From Anthoceros angustus (Eukaryota; Plantae; Anthocerotophyta): a stretch of 64,000 nt of DNA. The number at the start of each line of letters is the position of its first letter. The stretch's first letter is position 1. Positions 51,720 to 64,000 of the stretch are shown here, one piece after another. The notes below the pieces were generated by a model. That model was not told the origin of the DNA, searched no databases, and saw only the letters and a program-made list of their open reading frames with translations. Location: positions 310,001 to 374,000 of the forward strand of contig VJWM01000135.1 of assembly GCA_010909165.1 (NCBI GenBank), written 5' to 3'. Made by a program: the position numbers and the translations under genes.

Positions 51720-53227
51720 GAGTTGGGTGGCAAGGTGGAGGCGTCACATTTTGTGCACACGCCAATGGTGGGCGGCTTGGGCTTCAAGGATGAGCGACTA
51801 TCATACCGGGTCCAGAGTCCTGAGGACAGACAAGCTTTGGCAGCGGGGCCGGCAAACAGCAGGCTAGGTGGCAATTACGGTAGCGCTTGCGGCAGCCGCC
51901 CAGGCCCAGACCCAGACCCAGGCCCAGGCCCAGCGTCAGAGGTCGCTGCGCGGGGGCAGCAGAAATCTCTTCATATCCCTCAACCACAGCGACGTCACGG
52001 CGAGGCGACAACACAGCGACAGCGACAGTGCGATGAGGAGGTAAAATTTGTGTAAGGCTCCGGGTGTGGCGGGGCAGAGGCGGGCAACAACCACCACCTC
52101 ATCAGCCTCGGAGTCCTCCTATTTCTGTGCCACTGCCCGCTGCACCTTCCTGCAACCTTCCTGCTGCACGCTGCCCGCACCGCATCTTTGTTTGCGCCTG
52201 CAAGCTTGCCTCCCACACAGACACAGGGACACAGGCGGCAGTGAAGTGAGAAGTGAGACCCAGACTCTGAGAGGTTGGTAGATTTGCCGCCGGCTCCGCT
52301 GGCCAGGAGCCCAGGAGCCCAGGAGCCCAGGACCTGTGAAGCGGAACCAACCGCCCGGGCCACGTTCACTGGAACGCTACCCGCGCTTGTAAGTGACCTC
52401 TACATATACATATATTGTACTACATACGTGTCGGGGAGGAAACGGGAAATTCCAGATTGCAGCTCGGCCAGGCAGGAGCGGCGGGCTCTCCCCTAGGCCT
52501 GTTCCTGTTTCCCGGCCCTGGGCCTGGTCCGGGGGTCCGGGGAGCAAGCAAATCAGGGCTCGGAGCAGCAATAGCACGAACGAGACGCAGTGCGAGAAAC
52601 AAGAAACAGGAAACAGCCCAACTTGAAGTTGTGTCGCTAAGGCCAAGAGACAGCCCAACGTCAAGTTGTGTCGCTAAGCCTTGGGACTTCCTGGTATCTT
52701 CGCCTTCCACTGTGACCTGAAATTAGCAGCTATGCGGCCTTTCCTCAATTTCAAGCAGCGAAGCAACCACTTGGCAGCCGGCTTTCCTTACTAGAGTTGT
52801 ACATGCGGGCCCAGCACCCAGATCCGACTCCGACTCCCCACCTAAAAATCAGGCTGCGCAGCGCAGCGCATTCGGTATGTGAGGTCACCTGAGAGATATC
52901 ACCGGCTTCACCGCCGTTGACACATGACCGAGATCCGTCATCAAATGCCATGGCTCACGTGGCCTCATGTGTGCTGCAAATGGCACCCGGACGCAAAAGA
53001 CTGCGCGGATGCAAGCCTTGGCTCACCAATGACCATGGCCGCATTGCCAATTCATGGACACTGGACACTGGACACTTTATTACAAGGGTCCCACGCCCTC
53101 AGGGCTGCTGGAGCCTGCTGTGGTGTGCCCACGAGATGCCTTTACAACGGACAAGCCCTGGAAAGGCGTCGCACCCTTTTCATCGCCCTCTGCAACAATG
53201 GACAAGGACAGTGGATTCTGACATGCA

Positions 53228-53318
53228 CTTGCTCATGACAACGAACCGCCCGCTATCTACTTGCTCTTGCTCATAACAACGAACCGCCCGCTATCTACTT
53301 GCTCTTGCTCATAACAAC
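53228..53318. repeat. 38-bp tandem repeat, ~2.4 copies
   Basis: cttgctcat.acaac at 53228, 53266, 53304. Confidence 0.9.
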
Positions 53319-53919
53319 CACCTTTCTACTCCAACTAGGCTAGAAGCTTGTGGCCGACTTCAAAGACCACTTGGAAGATGGAAGTGAATCGAGCTTTACA
53401 GTGCAGGTGTTAGATGCATGTGGATACCGATACATCCCTGTTAAAAATACCATGGTTGTTAAATATGTTGTAGTGGACGGACACTGCCACTGGCCTTTCC
53501 TCAAAGCGTCACACAATCTTGGTACGGAACTCGTTAACATCCGTACGTGGGCTGCTGCAGGCAGCCCCAACTTCGAAGCTTCTGTCTGCAGCACGAGGGA
53601 GCTCACAACCCGTGATGACACACAATGTCCTGTATGACGTACCCACACACGTTCTGGCTTTGCACGGCCCACGCCGTCGCTGCCAGCTGCTGCTGCTGAC
53701 GTTTCCACCGCACAAGTCACCACTGTAGATATGTCGTGCGGTCGGTTTTGGTTTGGGCCGTTTGGCGCACAGAATATATGCCTGTTGATTCTATCAACCA
53801 CAAGGGGCATCACTGTGCAACAGGTCTGTCTTCCTCCCATCAAAATGCAACACTTAGTCGCATTCTGATGGGAAGCAAACAGTAGTCGCATTCTGCGCCT
53901 GCCGTCAACACTAGAGCCA

Positions 53920-54720
53920 AGCACCTTCCTTCCTTTCTTGCCTTTCTGCTTCGTCGCTCATTCCTCCTCCACCCACACCCTGTACTGTTCTGCTGGTCTG
54001 AACCATTATCATCTTTTCTATAAGTTCTTATAACATCTCTGGCTTTGCTTCCTATCTCTTGCATCTTCAAAGCCTCACCACTATCTATAAGCAAGCTTTA
54101 GTTGGAGAAAATGCTGCCTGCAATCCTTCAGGGGACATGACAAACGTTTCACCGCAAGAACTTAGCCTGAACATGTGGCACCTCACCCAGTCGTATTTTT
54201 TGATATCCTTATCTACATACTTCCCTGTCTTGTCTCCTCGAGCTAAGGAAGGAATGTGCATAACCCAGTTTGGGACACCTTGATATTGTTTTTGAATTCA
54301 AAGTAACAGGAAGACTCCACAAGGAGACAAGAACTCAATTCAGTAGCCACCAATCCCACCAGAAAATATCCTGCACATACCTCGTACATCTTGGCAGTAA
54401 TCGCAAAACATGCTACTGTTAGAATAACTGCTGTACTGACCTTTTCAGATTGCAAGCACATCCGTGAAGGAGCTTGTGGGACGCTTCTCACAGAATCTGC
54501 ACATTTGAGTCAGTGGAATAGTAGTCAACAAAGACGACATCGACACGTAGCCACACTTCTTCCCTGCCACTAAGAGACGAAATCTGGAAGTCTGTCAATA
54601 TGTTCACCTTCACACGTCGAAAATTTCCCAGCAAACCAGATCCCAGGGGTGCTTGCAGAGACCTCACATCATGTCGAAGGCTGCTTCCCCGTTTTGCTTG
54701 CACCTGTGCAACCAGCCGCC
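53920..54720 (-). CDS. Possible multi-exon hypothetical gene; boundaries uncertain
   Basis: Exon-like blocks with splice signals: ...CYFEFKNNIK/TGKYVDKDIKKYDW/DSGEALKMQEIGSKARDVIRTYRK...; start and stop unresolved. Confidence 0.35.
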
Positions 54721-54973
54721 ATCTGCTTCATTTTCTCCTGTCCCTCCTGCTGGCGGTGTGCGTGTCTCGACTGGGAAGGCCGCTCTAAGACCAGTGAACC
54801 AGCTCTGGCTACCAGAGAACTTCGCTATCGAGGCTGAGAATTAAAGGTGTTGGAAGCTTGCAGCGGACGGATACGGGATCGGACGATACGGGCACTCTTT
54901 TACTGCCCCTGCTTCTCCAAAAACCTAACTCACAGTCTAGCGAGCCATATTTCCCGAAGGATAGGCTGCGACA

Positions 54974-55569
54974 ATGACCACCTTGAAGTTCTGCCGCGAC
55001 TGGTAACGTCTACAATTCCTCCCAGTATTTGCTGTTGTGCGCCTTTTTGGACCTTCTGACCAGCGCCAAGCCATGTCTGCATGTTGCAGCAACAACATTC
55101 TTCACCCTAAGGAAGACAGAATCAACAAGACTCTTCTGTACGCATGTCGATGGTGTGAATATCAGGTGCGATGCGGCACAGCCTCACCGCTGGCATCCTA
55201 GACATCGCACAAGCTCTTGTCACACTTTCTCACATGTCTGTGCTTTCTGGTGTCATGGAGCAGGAGCCGGCGGAGAACAACTTCGTGTATCACCTGGAAA
55301 TTGAACACACGGCAGAATCGAGCATGCATCTTGTGCAAGACGTGAAGTCACAGCCAGCCCTGCCAAAGACCAAGTCCATCCGCTGCAAAGAATGCCGCCA
55401 TGTCGAAACCGGCTTCTTTAATGTTAGCCCTGAACTCGAGCTTTCTTTGTTCTTGCTTGTGGATTCCTGTCTGACAGTGTGACTGTGCGCGTAGTACAAA
55501 CCGCTGGGGAAAGAGAGTGCTCTGTATTTCGTGTGCTGCGAGTGTGGAGATACCTGGTCCCCGGCGTAA
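54974..55569 (+). CDS. RPB9: RNA polymerase subunit 9 (RPB9-like), divergent; exons 54974-55002, 55090-55165, 55264-55422, 55495-55569
   Basis: MTTLKFCRDCNNILHPKED...LLYACRWCEYQE...QDVKSQPALPKTKSIRCKECRH...FF...LYFVCCECGDTWSPA*; both zinc ribbons present. Confidence 0.88.
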
Positions 55570-56433
55570 GAAGCGGTCGTGTATCTCAGCTCTCATCAAC
55601 ATCTGGGTGTCGAGACAGACGATAGCTTAACAGGCTTCGAATTGTTAGGGCCCGTGGGCTCTGTGACATGTTACTTTCGGCCATTATACGGACGGTAATA
55701 TGAAAGACGAGCTTGGTCCATCCTGATTCGACCACCGATACTCTCAGTGATGTCAGCTACCATGCAAGGCCACGACAAACCCTCGTAGTACACACCTAAT
55801 ATCATCCATTTTGATGCGTTCTTTACCAAAGATAAAACAACTCATACAAGTACATCCGGGGAACCCCAACATGCCACGACGCACTGAGAGTGCTCCTACT
55901 ACAGGAGCTGCCAGGTGTAGAGGCCGGAGCTAGAGGAAGCCTCCAGCACATTCCCCGCACACTCTCCGCGCGAAGGGGGGAGGAATTTGTGGGACTAGTG
56001 GACCCAGGGACAACTGCTCGAAAGCAATTCACGGCAGGAAGGTCGTTTCCAAAACAATGAGGCGAGAGTGTCATCGGCTGCTGTGGGCCTTACATTTACG
56101 TGGTATCCCATGCAGCACAACGGCCTGACACACACCTTCTCCGCTGCTACAGGACCTTTCCGAGACCTGATCGGCATCAGGAAGAGATATAGACGACTCT
56201 TCATCGGGTTGTTGACGAAGATCCCACAACACACACCAACATCTCTTGACACTGCACATAAGCATATCAGCGGAAGTTACATCAGGTCAGACCAGCAGAC
56301 ACATGCGGGAGAGGCGTCATGACCACGATGAAGAAATAGACTAACCCTCTTGCTCTCCGGATAAGTATAGCAGTCCCGTGAGCAGGAAAACACGTCATCA
56401 CGGAAGGACGAAAAATAATAAGCCTCCGTCCAC

Positions 56434-59400
56434 CTAGTCTTCGATATGGTGTATTTCTCCCATCATGATGCGGCTACTGTGTACACTGAAGCCAAGCAGA
56501 GTCGGATCCACTACCTTCTTTCCCCTTTTAGCTTTCTTTTTGGTTGCTGATTTGACCCCTCCACCTGCATTGCTTTCAGGATCTGAGCCGTTATCATCTT
56601 CCCTGGCATCTCTCGCTTTCTCCACCACATTGCTACCTTTCTTTCCCTCTCCTTTCTTTCCGTTGCTTTTGATAATGAACTCAGCATCATCCCTTATCAC
56701 AGCCTCACTTGGAGGAAATGCGGCCAGCAACCCTTCTGCAGAGATGAGCTCTTTTCGCCGCAAAAACTCAGACTTGAACTGTTGCACCTCTGCCCGAGGG
56801 TACATTTTCAGATACTCATCGAGATAGTTCCCTGCCTCCTCAACCGTGCTAAGGTTTGTACAAAACCCCATCAGTGTGACGTCTGCAGTAAGTTTAGGAG
56901 TCCACAAAGGGGGCAAGGTCGGGAAACATAAACAGGCCAGCAATCCAACCACATAGAAAGGCATCCTCGACATAGCCCTGCAATAAAACCTATACAGTCT
57001 CACAAAAATACCCAGGCTCATGCTCACTACCAACCTGCAGCACACTAAGGACCTATTTCAAAATGAAAGGATACCATCCTGGCCCGTGAGCTTTTTGTAG
57101 CTGGATTCACACCATTGCCGGAAAGCTCTGCCCTCCATCGCTGATGAAGGAGACGGTGGGATGCCATCTGCAGAAAGAGAACCAACATTAAGCTCACATG
57201 CCAGCAAGCCAAAACTTTTTCCAGCACTGAAACCAGTCCCGGCATAACCAGCTCTCAGGGGAACACAGAAGAGACCTTCAGCTCCTCGCTTGATGGAAAG
57301 CTGCTTTTTCACTTTGGCTGCTGCTGGCTTCACAGCTGTCGAAGACGTAACTGATAAGGAAGGAAAATCAGCAGGGCTTGCTCGAGGAGATGGGGCTCCA
57401 ACTGCTGCTTGGCGAAAGGCAGCGTTCACAGTTGCAGGGACCTTGGTAGGAGTTATGCGCAAGTTCGGCCTGCTAGAGAGTGACGGAAAATCACCTCTGC
57501 ACAGATGCAACAATGTCAGCCATTGATAAATAAATACCTCATCTGTAACGCGTCATAATACAAAGTAATAAGCATGGCCATGAACTAAGAGATGAGATTA
57601 CAGGCTAGTCCCAACTGGTCAGAACCATCATGGGGAAAGAAACCCTTGACACCAAGAGTCTCATTTTCTCCATCAGCATACTGGCAGCTTAATAGAGTTT
57701 ATAGGCAACCACAACCAAACTCCCAACCCACACCCTTGCCCACAGTTGACAGGAACCACAGACTACCTTTCAGCCTTGGATGCCGGCTTGACAGCTGAAA
57801 CCAACACAGGAGCACTATCACTGTAGTCCCAAAACATTTCATCATCATCCTCAAATACTCCTGTCTTGGACCTGGAAGTAGACAATCCTGGAGTCACGGG
57901 CCCTGTGGCATGTGCAACACTGTTCTGAGCAGAACCAGGATGTTGAGGAGAAGTTACAGAAGGGCGCTGCCATGCCGAAGCACCCCCACTTGAGCTGCGA
58001 GTGACCAGAGGCTTCGGTCCAGCTACAGCAACAGCAGAAGCCTGGATGTGTGCAGTAAGTCGCATCTGCCTCTCCTGCTCCTCTCTTGCACGCTTTTCTG
58101 CCTCTTGAATCTCCTTAAGTGACTTTGCTGGTTTTGCTTGCTTGTTAGCATCTGTTGACCATGCAGGTACCTGACTTGCACTACTTTCTTCCCTCGATAG
58201 CATAAAATCAGCCAATGAAGGATTAGCAGGGGTTGGCGGAACTACATCTTTCCCAAGATCTTGCAAAACTTGCCTGGACCCAGATGTCTTGCTGGCCAGC
58301 ACCTGCTGAGAAGCTTCAATAACACCTACAGCTGTCTTTGCAGAACCCTTCACCTTGGACGCCCGTTTCTTGTTCTTCTTGGCCTCCTTGGGTTCCAGAA
58401 ATTCACCATCATCACCACATCCCGAAGGTTGCACAAACATTGCCATAGATTCGGAACCACTTGGTTGCTCAAATGTTGGAGGGTGTGATACACTTTCAAC
58501 AGACTTTTTGTTTACCACATCCTCTGCATGGGTCTTATCATTTGCAGCAGTGACCGGCCAACTCAGTTCCTGTTTCATTGTTGCACCAAACGATGGGGTA
58601 GGGTTGGCATTAGATTGCACTAACAGACCAGCTCTGCGTGCCTCTTCCTCCTGAATTTCTCTCAAGGACTTTGTGTGTGTCAGGTTTGTTGATGATGCCC
58701 AAGCGCCCAGAGCAGCAGAATTTGCGGCGTGGTTTGCGGCAGCTCTGGCAGCCACCTCTGCTTCAGCCTTTTCCTCTGCTTTCCTTCTCTCTGCTTCCTC
58801 CTGCTGAATCTCCATCAAAGACTTGGGTTTTGGTGAAGGAGCAGGCCTCCAGCCAGGTTGTTGGACAGGAGCCTGTGTAGAAGCAGCCACACTTTGAGAA
58901 GATAAAGGTTCAGAAGGGAACCCCAAAGACCAACCTCCACCCACACCTATGTCGTGCTGTTGCTCTCCAACACTAGTACCCGAGGGGCCAGAAACTGACT
59001 GATGGCGACCTGCAAGAGCAGCTGGAGTTGGAAGAATAGGTGTCTGCTCTTGAGACAAACCTGTCAGACTTTGCTCTTGATGACCGAACTCAGCATCTCC
59101 CCTCCAATTGTGACTTACAAGTAGCTCAGGGAGCGGACGGGGATCTGAAATGACCTTTGACGAGTCAACTCCTGCCAGTGCATCCCAGCTACTCAGCCTG
59201 GATAAGGATTTGTGTTTCCCGCGCTGATCAGCAGTATTCCCCGTGTCAGAAGAGGCCACCACGAGCAACTGTTCTCCATTCTGACCCAGGGTCTTAGCAT
59301 AGTCCTCCTGATTCTGTCCAGACCTCCTTTCACCGGGATCCATAGCAGAGCCCGCCCAGCCTCTTCCTGAAGCATCTACGTGCTTCTCCTGCGACTGAAG

Positions 59401-62400
59401 CTGGTATGGCGGGTTAAGATACCTGTCCATCTCTGGCTGAAAAGACCTAGCCTCTGTAAATGGCAGACTAGTCTGCTTTTGAAGCCTCATTCGGTGCTCC
59501 TGATAATGTGCAAGCAGGTCTGCTGGTCCCTCCGTCCTTGTGTTGCCTGTGATGGCAGACAGGCTCCTCTCCAAGCTCAACAAGTTAGGATCAAAAAGAC
59601 TTGAGGAGGCCCGACCATCCAGAGGCTTATCCTGATGTTGGGCTTTCTCATATGCAAAACCTGTAGATGATTCGGTGTGTAGGGGTGCTTGCAACTGTGA
59701 GTAGCTCTGTGGCGGCTGGATACGCAGCTGCTGGTGCTGAAGGTCAAAATGGTGCAATGGTATTGGACCTGCTGGTGGACCTGTCGCGGGAGCTTGTGTA
59801 CGTACAAACTGACCATATTCATCCACCTCCCAGACTCCACTAATACGCATCTCATCCAGACTTGGCCTTGCTTGCACTGGCAGGCCCAGGTGCCTGGGCT
59901 GAAGCTGATCCTCCTGCTGGCGATGTAGCATGAGCTGCTCGAAACTTGGGTTTGGTGCATGTCTTGCTTGGAAGAGCTGGTCCAGTGAACCACCTCTAGG
60001 TAACAGAGGGTTGCGCTGCTGAGGGTGAGAATCCATGTGCATCCCATCCTGCGGCTGTCGCAAGACAAGCTGCTCAGCAAGGCCTGTGCCTGCAGAACCA
60101 GGAAGATGGCGGGTATCGTATGGAGGCACATGGTGCTGCTGATGTCTGATAATCTGCTCCAGCAAAGCCTGATGTGGCAGTTGCTGGTGCTGCTGCTGCT
60201 GTTGAATTCGTAAAAGCTGATCCAGCCCTGGTACAGAAGGAGGCATCTGCAGAGGCAATTGCTGTTGCTGCTGCTGCTGCATAATACTCGCAGAAGGGCG
60301 CAGAAGCTGATCAAGGAGGGGTCCACCTGGAGGAGCAAGGTTCTGAGACCCCAGTACCTGAGGCACAGGAACTGGTTGCTGCTGCTGCTGTTGTGGTGCC
60401 ATATGCCGTGGAGGGCCTTGAAGATGTCCAAGCCGCTGCAAGTTCTCAAGCTGCTCCAAGTGATGTAACTGACCAGGATCAGCTTGCTGCAGACCATTGT
60501 GTGCCCGTATCTCAGATGACAATGAACGCATCATATCAGGCCAAACCCGATCCTGGGGACCAGTTGGCCCTTGCAAGAAAGCACCACGATCTAGTTGCCG
60601 TGCAGGTGAGGGGGGCACTGGGAGATTCGTCGGAACCATCCCAGATAAGGAGTTCGGATCTGTATCACGGGCAGGCCAGGCTAGGTAATTGGGCAAGTTT
60701 GGCAAATTAAGTCTTGATCCATCTGCATCTTCAGACTCAACACCAGGAAAACTAGACATCACCCGCCTCCCAGAAAATGTCCTGTCCAAGCCACCTTCAG
60801 ATTTCACTGCACTGCCATCAGCTCCTCGACTAAAGAATTTGTCCAGCGGTGCATCTGCAATGCCAGCAAACAAGCATAAGTGAATAAAATTCAGGCTGAA
60901 ATCAACAGGGGATAGCTTTCCAGCCAAGATGAATCAAGAAAAGAAAATTTGAACATGAAAGGACATATAGACCACCTGGGTGCTCCTTGCTGCTCCCCTC
61001 AAGGTTACCCCCGAAGAGGCTATGAGAAGCATCAAAGTTGCCTGCCAGAGCCAGCTTCGAAAAAGGTGGTTGATTCCTGTTCAAGTTTACTCCTTGCTCC
61101 ACTTCATTTGAGGGCATACCCACATTCCTCGCAAAGCTACTGGCAAGAGCATCTATTTCTGCCTTGCTCTGATCAGCTTGTTCGTCTCCAAGCTTCAATG
61201 AATCAAATCCAGGAGGCACTCTGGCTTTTGGCTTCAAGTGTGGCATCACACTACCCAATGGCACAAATGGGTGTGCCTCTGGTGCATCTGCAAGTCTTAC
61301 AGGCAGGTCTGTTGAAAAAAAGCCAGCCTCAAACCAGCTGATTATGTCCAGACCTGTAAATGGTCCTTGAAGATCACCCTGAGGATCAGAATAGAACAGA
61401 ATTAACCTTTCCGGTGGAACATTCCGTGGGGATTCTTTCATGAGATCTGGTCGACCAGGCACGTCAACCATACTCCCACTTGCTGTTTCATTAAGACCTG
61501 CAGCCAACTTATTCTGGGTTATGACCTGCAGCTTTGCTTCCAATAACTCCACAGAGTTTTCTGCAGCTTCAGCCAAAACCTCCTCATGCCAATTTTGGGA
61601 GTCCTTCAATGGCTGAGAATCTTCCACAGCTCTCTGCTCCTTCTCCTCAACTTTGGAAACGCTTTCCACCTTTCTCTCTTCCTTCACATCCTCATCACCT
61701 CGCCGCCAGACACGCTCCTCGCGGTCAGGGGTGGCCCGATCCAATCTCCAACCTTTCTCATCTTTTGCAATGGCCCCAGAGTCTTCTGTATTCCTACCTC
61801 GCCGCCAGACCCCATCACTGCGACCAGCAGTCTCACGCCTCCAATTTTGGTCATCTCGTGGAAAAACTCCTGCTCCTTCATCTCCACCTCGAGCTCGCCT
61901 CCACGTATTCTCATCTTTCCCACCTTCCGAAACAGAAGCATTAGGTGCAGCAATGGCAACAATGAAATGCCAAGGCACAGCATCACTCACAGGTACAGTC
62001 ACTAAGTGATTAAGTCTTACCTTCTGATTCTGAATTGACTTCTGGGCCAGACAGTACCTCCCATGCATCTCCCACTTCAGCATCTGCAAAGCGCCCATCG
62101 GATACTTTCTCTGAGGGATGATTCTCTACCCTAAGGTCATTGGTATCAACATGACCAGCCTCCGAAATGCCATCCATCGCATTGTCCTCTTTTGTTCCTG
62201 CATAAGAAGCATTGTCAGACTGAGTGGTCAAAAAAGCCCTCCACCGTGGAACCATGCAGTCATAGCATATTACAATGTATAATCTCACATCTAAACAACT
62301 GACAAGAGGGACATGCTGACATACTAAGACCACGTAGAGGAGAGGCAACAGCTAAGCCCATGAGGTTACCAGTTACTCGACCGCGACCTCTTCCCCGTCC

Positions 62401-64000
62401 AGCAGCCTCTTCGCGAGTTCTGTTAATTGCTAAATCTTTATGTACAGCTCCACTACTTACAACTTCCCCTTTCCGAATGGCTTCAAGGACAGCCTGAGCA
62501 AAGAAACCCCGAAATGAGGGCAGACCTCCTTGTAAGCAGCCTACACATTTACTCGAGAGCTCAAGCTGATGAATAAATGAATACACAAGCAGATGCCTTA
62601 CCTCCTCCTCTGACTCAGGGGCCTGAAACGCAAGCGGCACCAATGGCTCGGCCTGCACGAGCTGAGGAACCTCCACAAAACCATCGGGATATTTGGCAAA
62701 TGAGGGCAGAATGACTGTCTTCCGATATATGTCTAGCAACTTTGCCCTCGGATACCTGAACGTGCCATCCTGAAGAGAACCTACTTTTCCCTGCCCCACG
62801 TCCCACCTATCTACACCAAAAGAGGCTCCAATCCCGGGAGTCGGAGGTCCATGAAGCAGGCCAGTGGCAGTGAAATTAGCACGGCCCCGCCCGGCTGCAA
62901 ACCCTACAGAATTCCCATCACCCCGACCCCTACCAACCCCAAACCCCGGTGCAAACTTGGGCGGAGTGGTCCCCGGAGGAGGAGCTTCCCCACGCCCCCT
63001 ACTGGCAAAAGAAGGCCTCCAAGCACGATCCCGGACGCCGGCATCCTGCTCGCTATCCCTAGTAGTAACAACGGGGGGAGGCATATGCCTCTCACGGTGG
63101 CCTTCTCCCTCCTTCTCCGGGTCGGTCCATTTCTCCCTCCTATCTTTCTCCTCCGGCCCCCACCGATTGCTCCACTTGCTGTCCCTCCGAGCCTCAAAAG
63201 GAGCGTCCCGGTTGGAGGCATCAGTGGTCCAACGCTCCGGTGCGGCGGGAGGCCGCCTACTGTCCAGGGGATCCCTCCCGGGGGCGTTGTCGGCCCACCT
63301 TCTTGTCTCCCCGCCGTCTCTTTCTCCTCCTTCCACCGGTCCCGCCACGGCGCTGTTTTCCTCTCCTCCTCCCGCCACCGATCCCGCCGCGTGTTGTCCA
63401 CCTCCCGATCCCGTTCCATGGACATGGAGCGCCACCAGTCCCGATCCCGCTTCCCGTCCCGGTTGCTGTCCCCGCCACGCCAGCGCTCCTTCCCCACCCC
63501 GTCCCCGTTCCCTCCATGCCCGGGAGTGCTAGGTGCCCGGGGGTTCTCCTGCAGATTCATCGGCTATGAGCACAGACGCACTCGCAAGAGTCCAGCTTCA
63601 GCCTTCAGATCCACACAAGCAAGCAAGACCGTACTGTACTCCCTTCCCAACAGTGAAGAAGAGAAAGAGGCATACCCCCGCCACTCCTGCCGGCTTGCTC
63701 TCCCCAGGCTTCGAAGTGAGCCATTGCGGTGAAAGCGGTATCGCGTTGTCCGGTCCAGCCAAATCTAGGAGACAAGCCAGCCAAAAAAAAACCAAAGTGA
63801 GCCGGGACCCGGAGCCCTACCGCTGAGCAGAGCAGTAGACAGACATCCCGAACCCGGAGAACCCCCTGCTGACAGACTGCGAGCATGCAGAGGTGGGGAG
63901 GGCAGGTAGGAGCATACCTTTCATGTCGGGATCAGCGAGTCCCAGCATGAGATTGGATGATCTGCCAACACCAGTCCCAGCGACGGCGGCGGCTTGCGAT
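56434..64000 (-). CDS. EXA1: GYF-domain protein EXA1/GIGYF-like; 5' end probably beyond the window
   Basis: [33 protein letters not shown] domain [14 protein letters not shown]...[18 protein letters not shown] repeats, FRQWCES, and C-terminal [21 protein letters not shown]. Exon 1 frame stays open to 64000. Confidence 0.92.

Noticed and set aside
52612-52680. Short direct repeat acagcccaac...aagttgtgtcgctaag
   Set aside because: Two copies only, in intergenic DNA; ordinary local duplication.

Overview
A gene-dense segment of a eukaryotic, land-plant nuclear genome with short spliceosomal introns (mostly about 60-130 nt). Plant-specific MSH7, EXA1 and thylakoid APX are present; a compact non-seed-plant genome such as a hornwort or lycophyte is my inference. 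Left to right: a decayed CRE-type non-LTR retrotransposon caught in a ~1.9-kb tandem duplication; an orphan membrane-protein ORF; a tRNA-Pro-like relic; a GGCT-like gene, chloroplast APX and plastid RPE; formate-THF ligase, RRP40, a RIOX/NO66-type JmjC oxygenase, a zinc ADH (partly duplicated in a 1831-bp tandem repeat) and S-formylglutathione hydrolase; an AT-rich accessory island (30-39 kb) with a Gnk2-like secreted protein, an unfamiliar cysteine-rich peptide, twin co-varying hairpins, a scrambled ProRS fragment and a GNA-type lectin; then CtpA, MSH7, a peroxisomal flavin amine oxidase with an AT-AC (U12) intron, a divergent RPB9 paralog and EXA1 (5' end probably beyond the window). The most interesting signal is a candidate formaldehyde/C1 gene neighbourhood (FTHFS, JmjC, ADH, SFGH within 13 kb), with the caveat that the ADH lacks class-III signature residues. 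All gene models were spliced and translated by eye; no searches were run.
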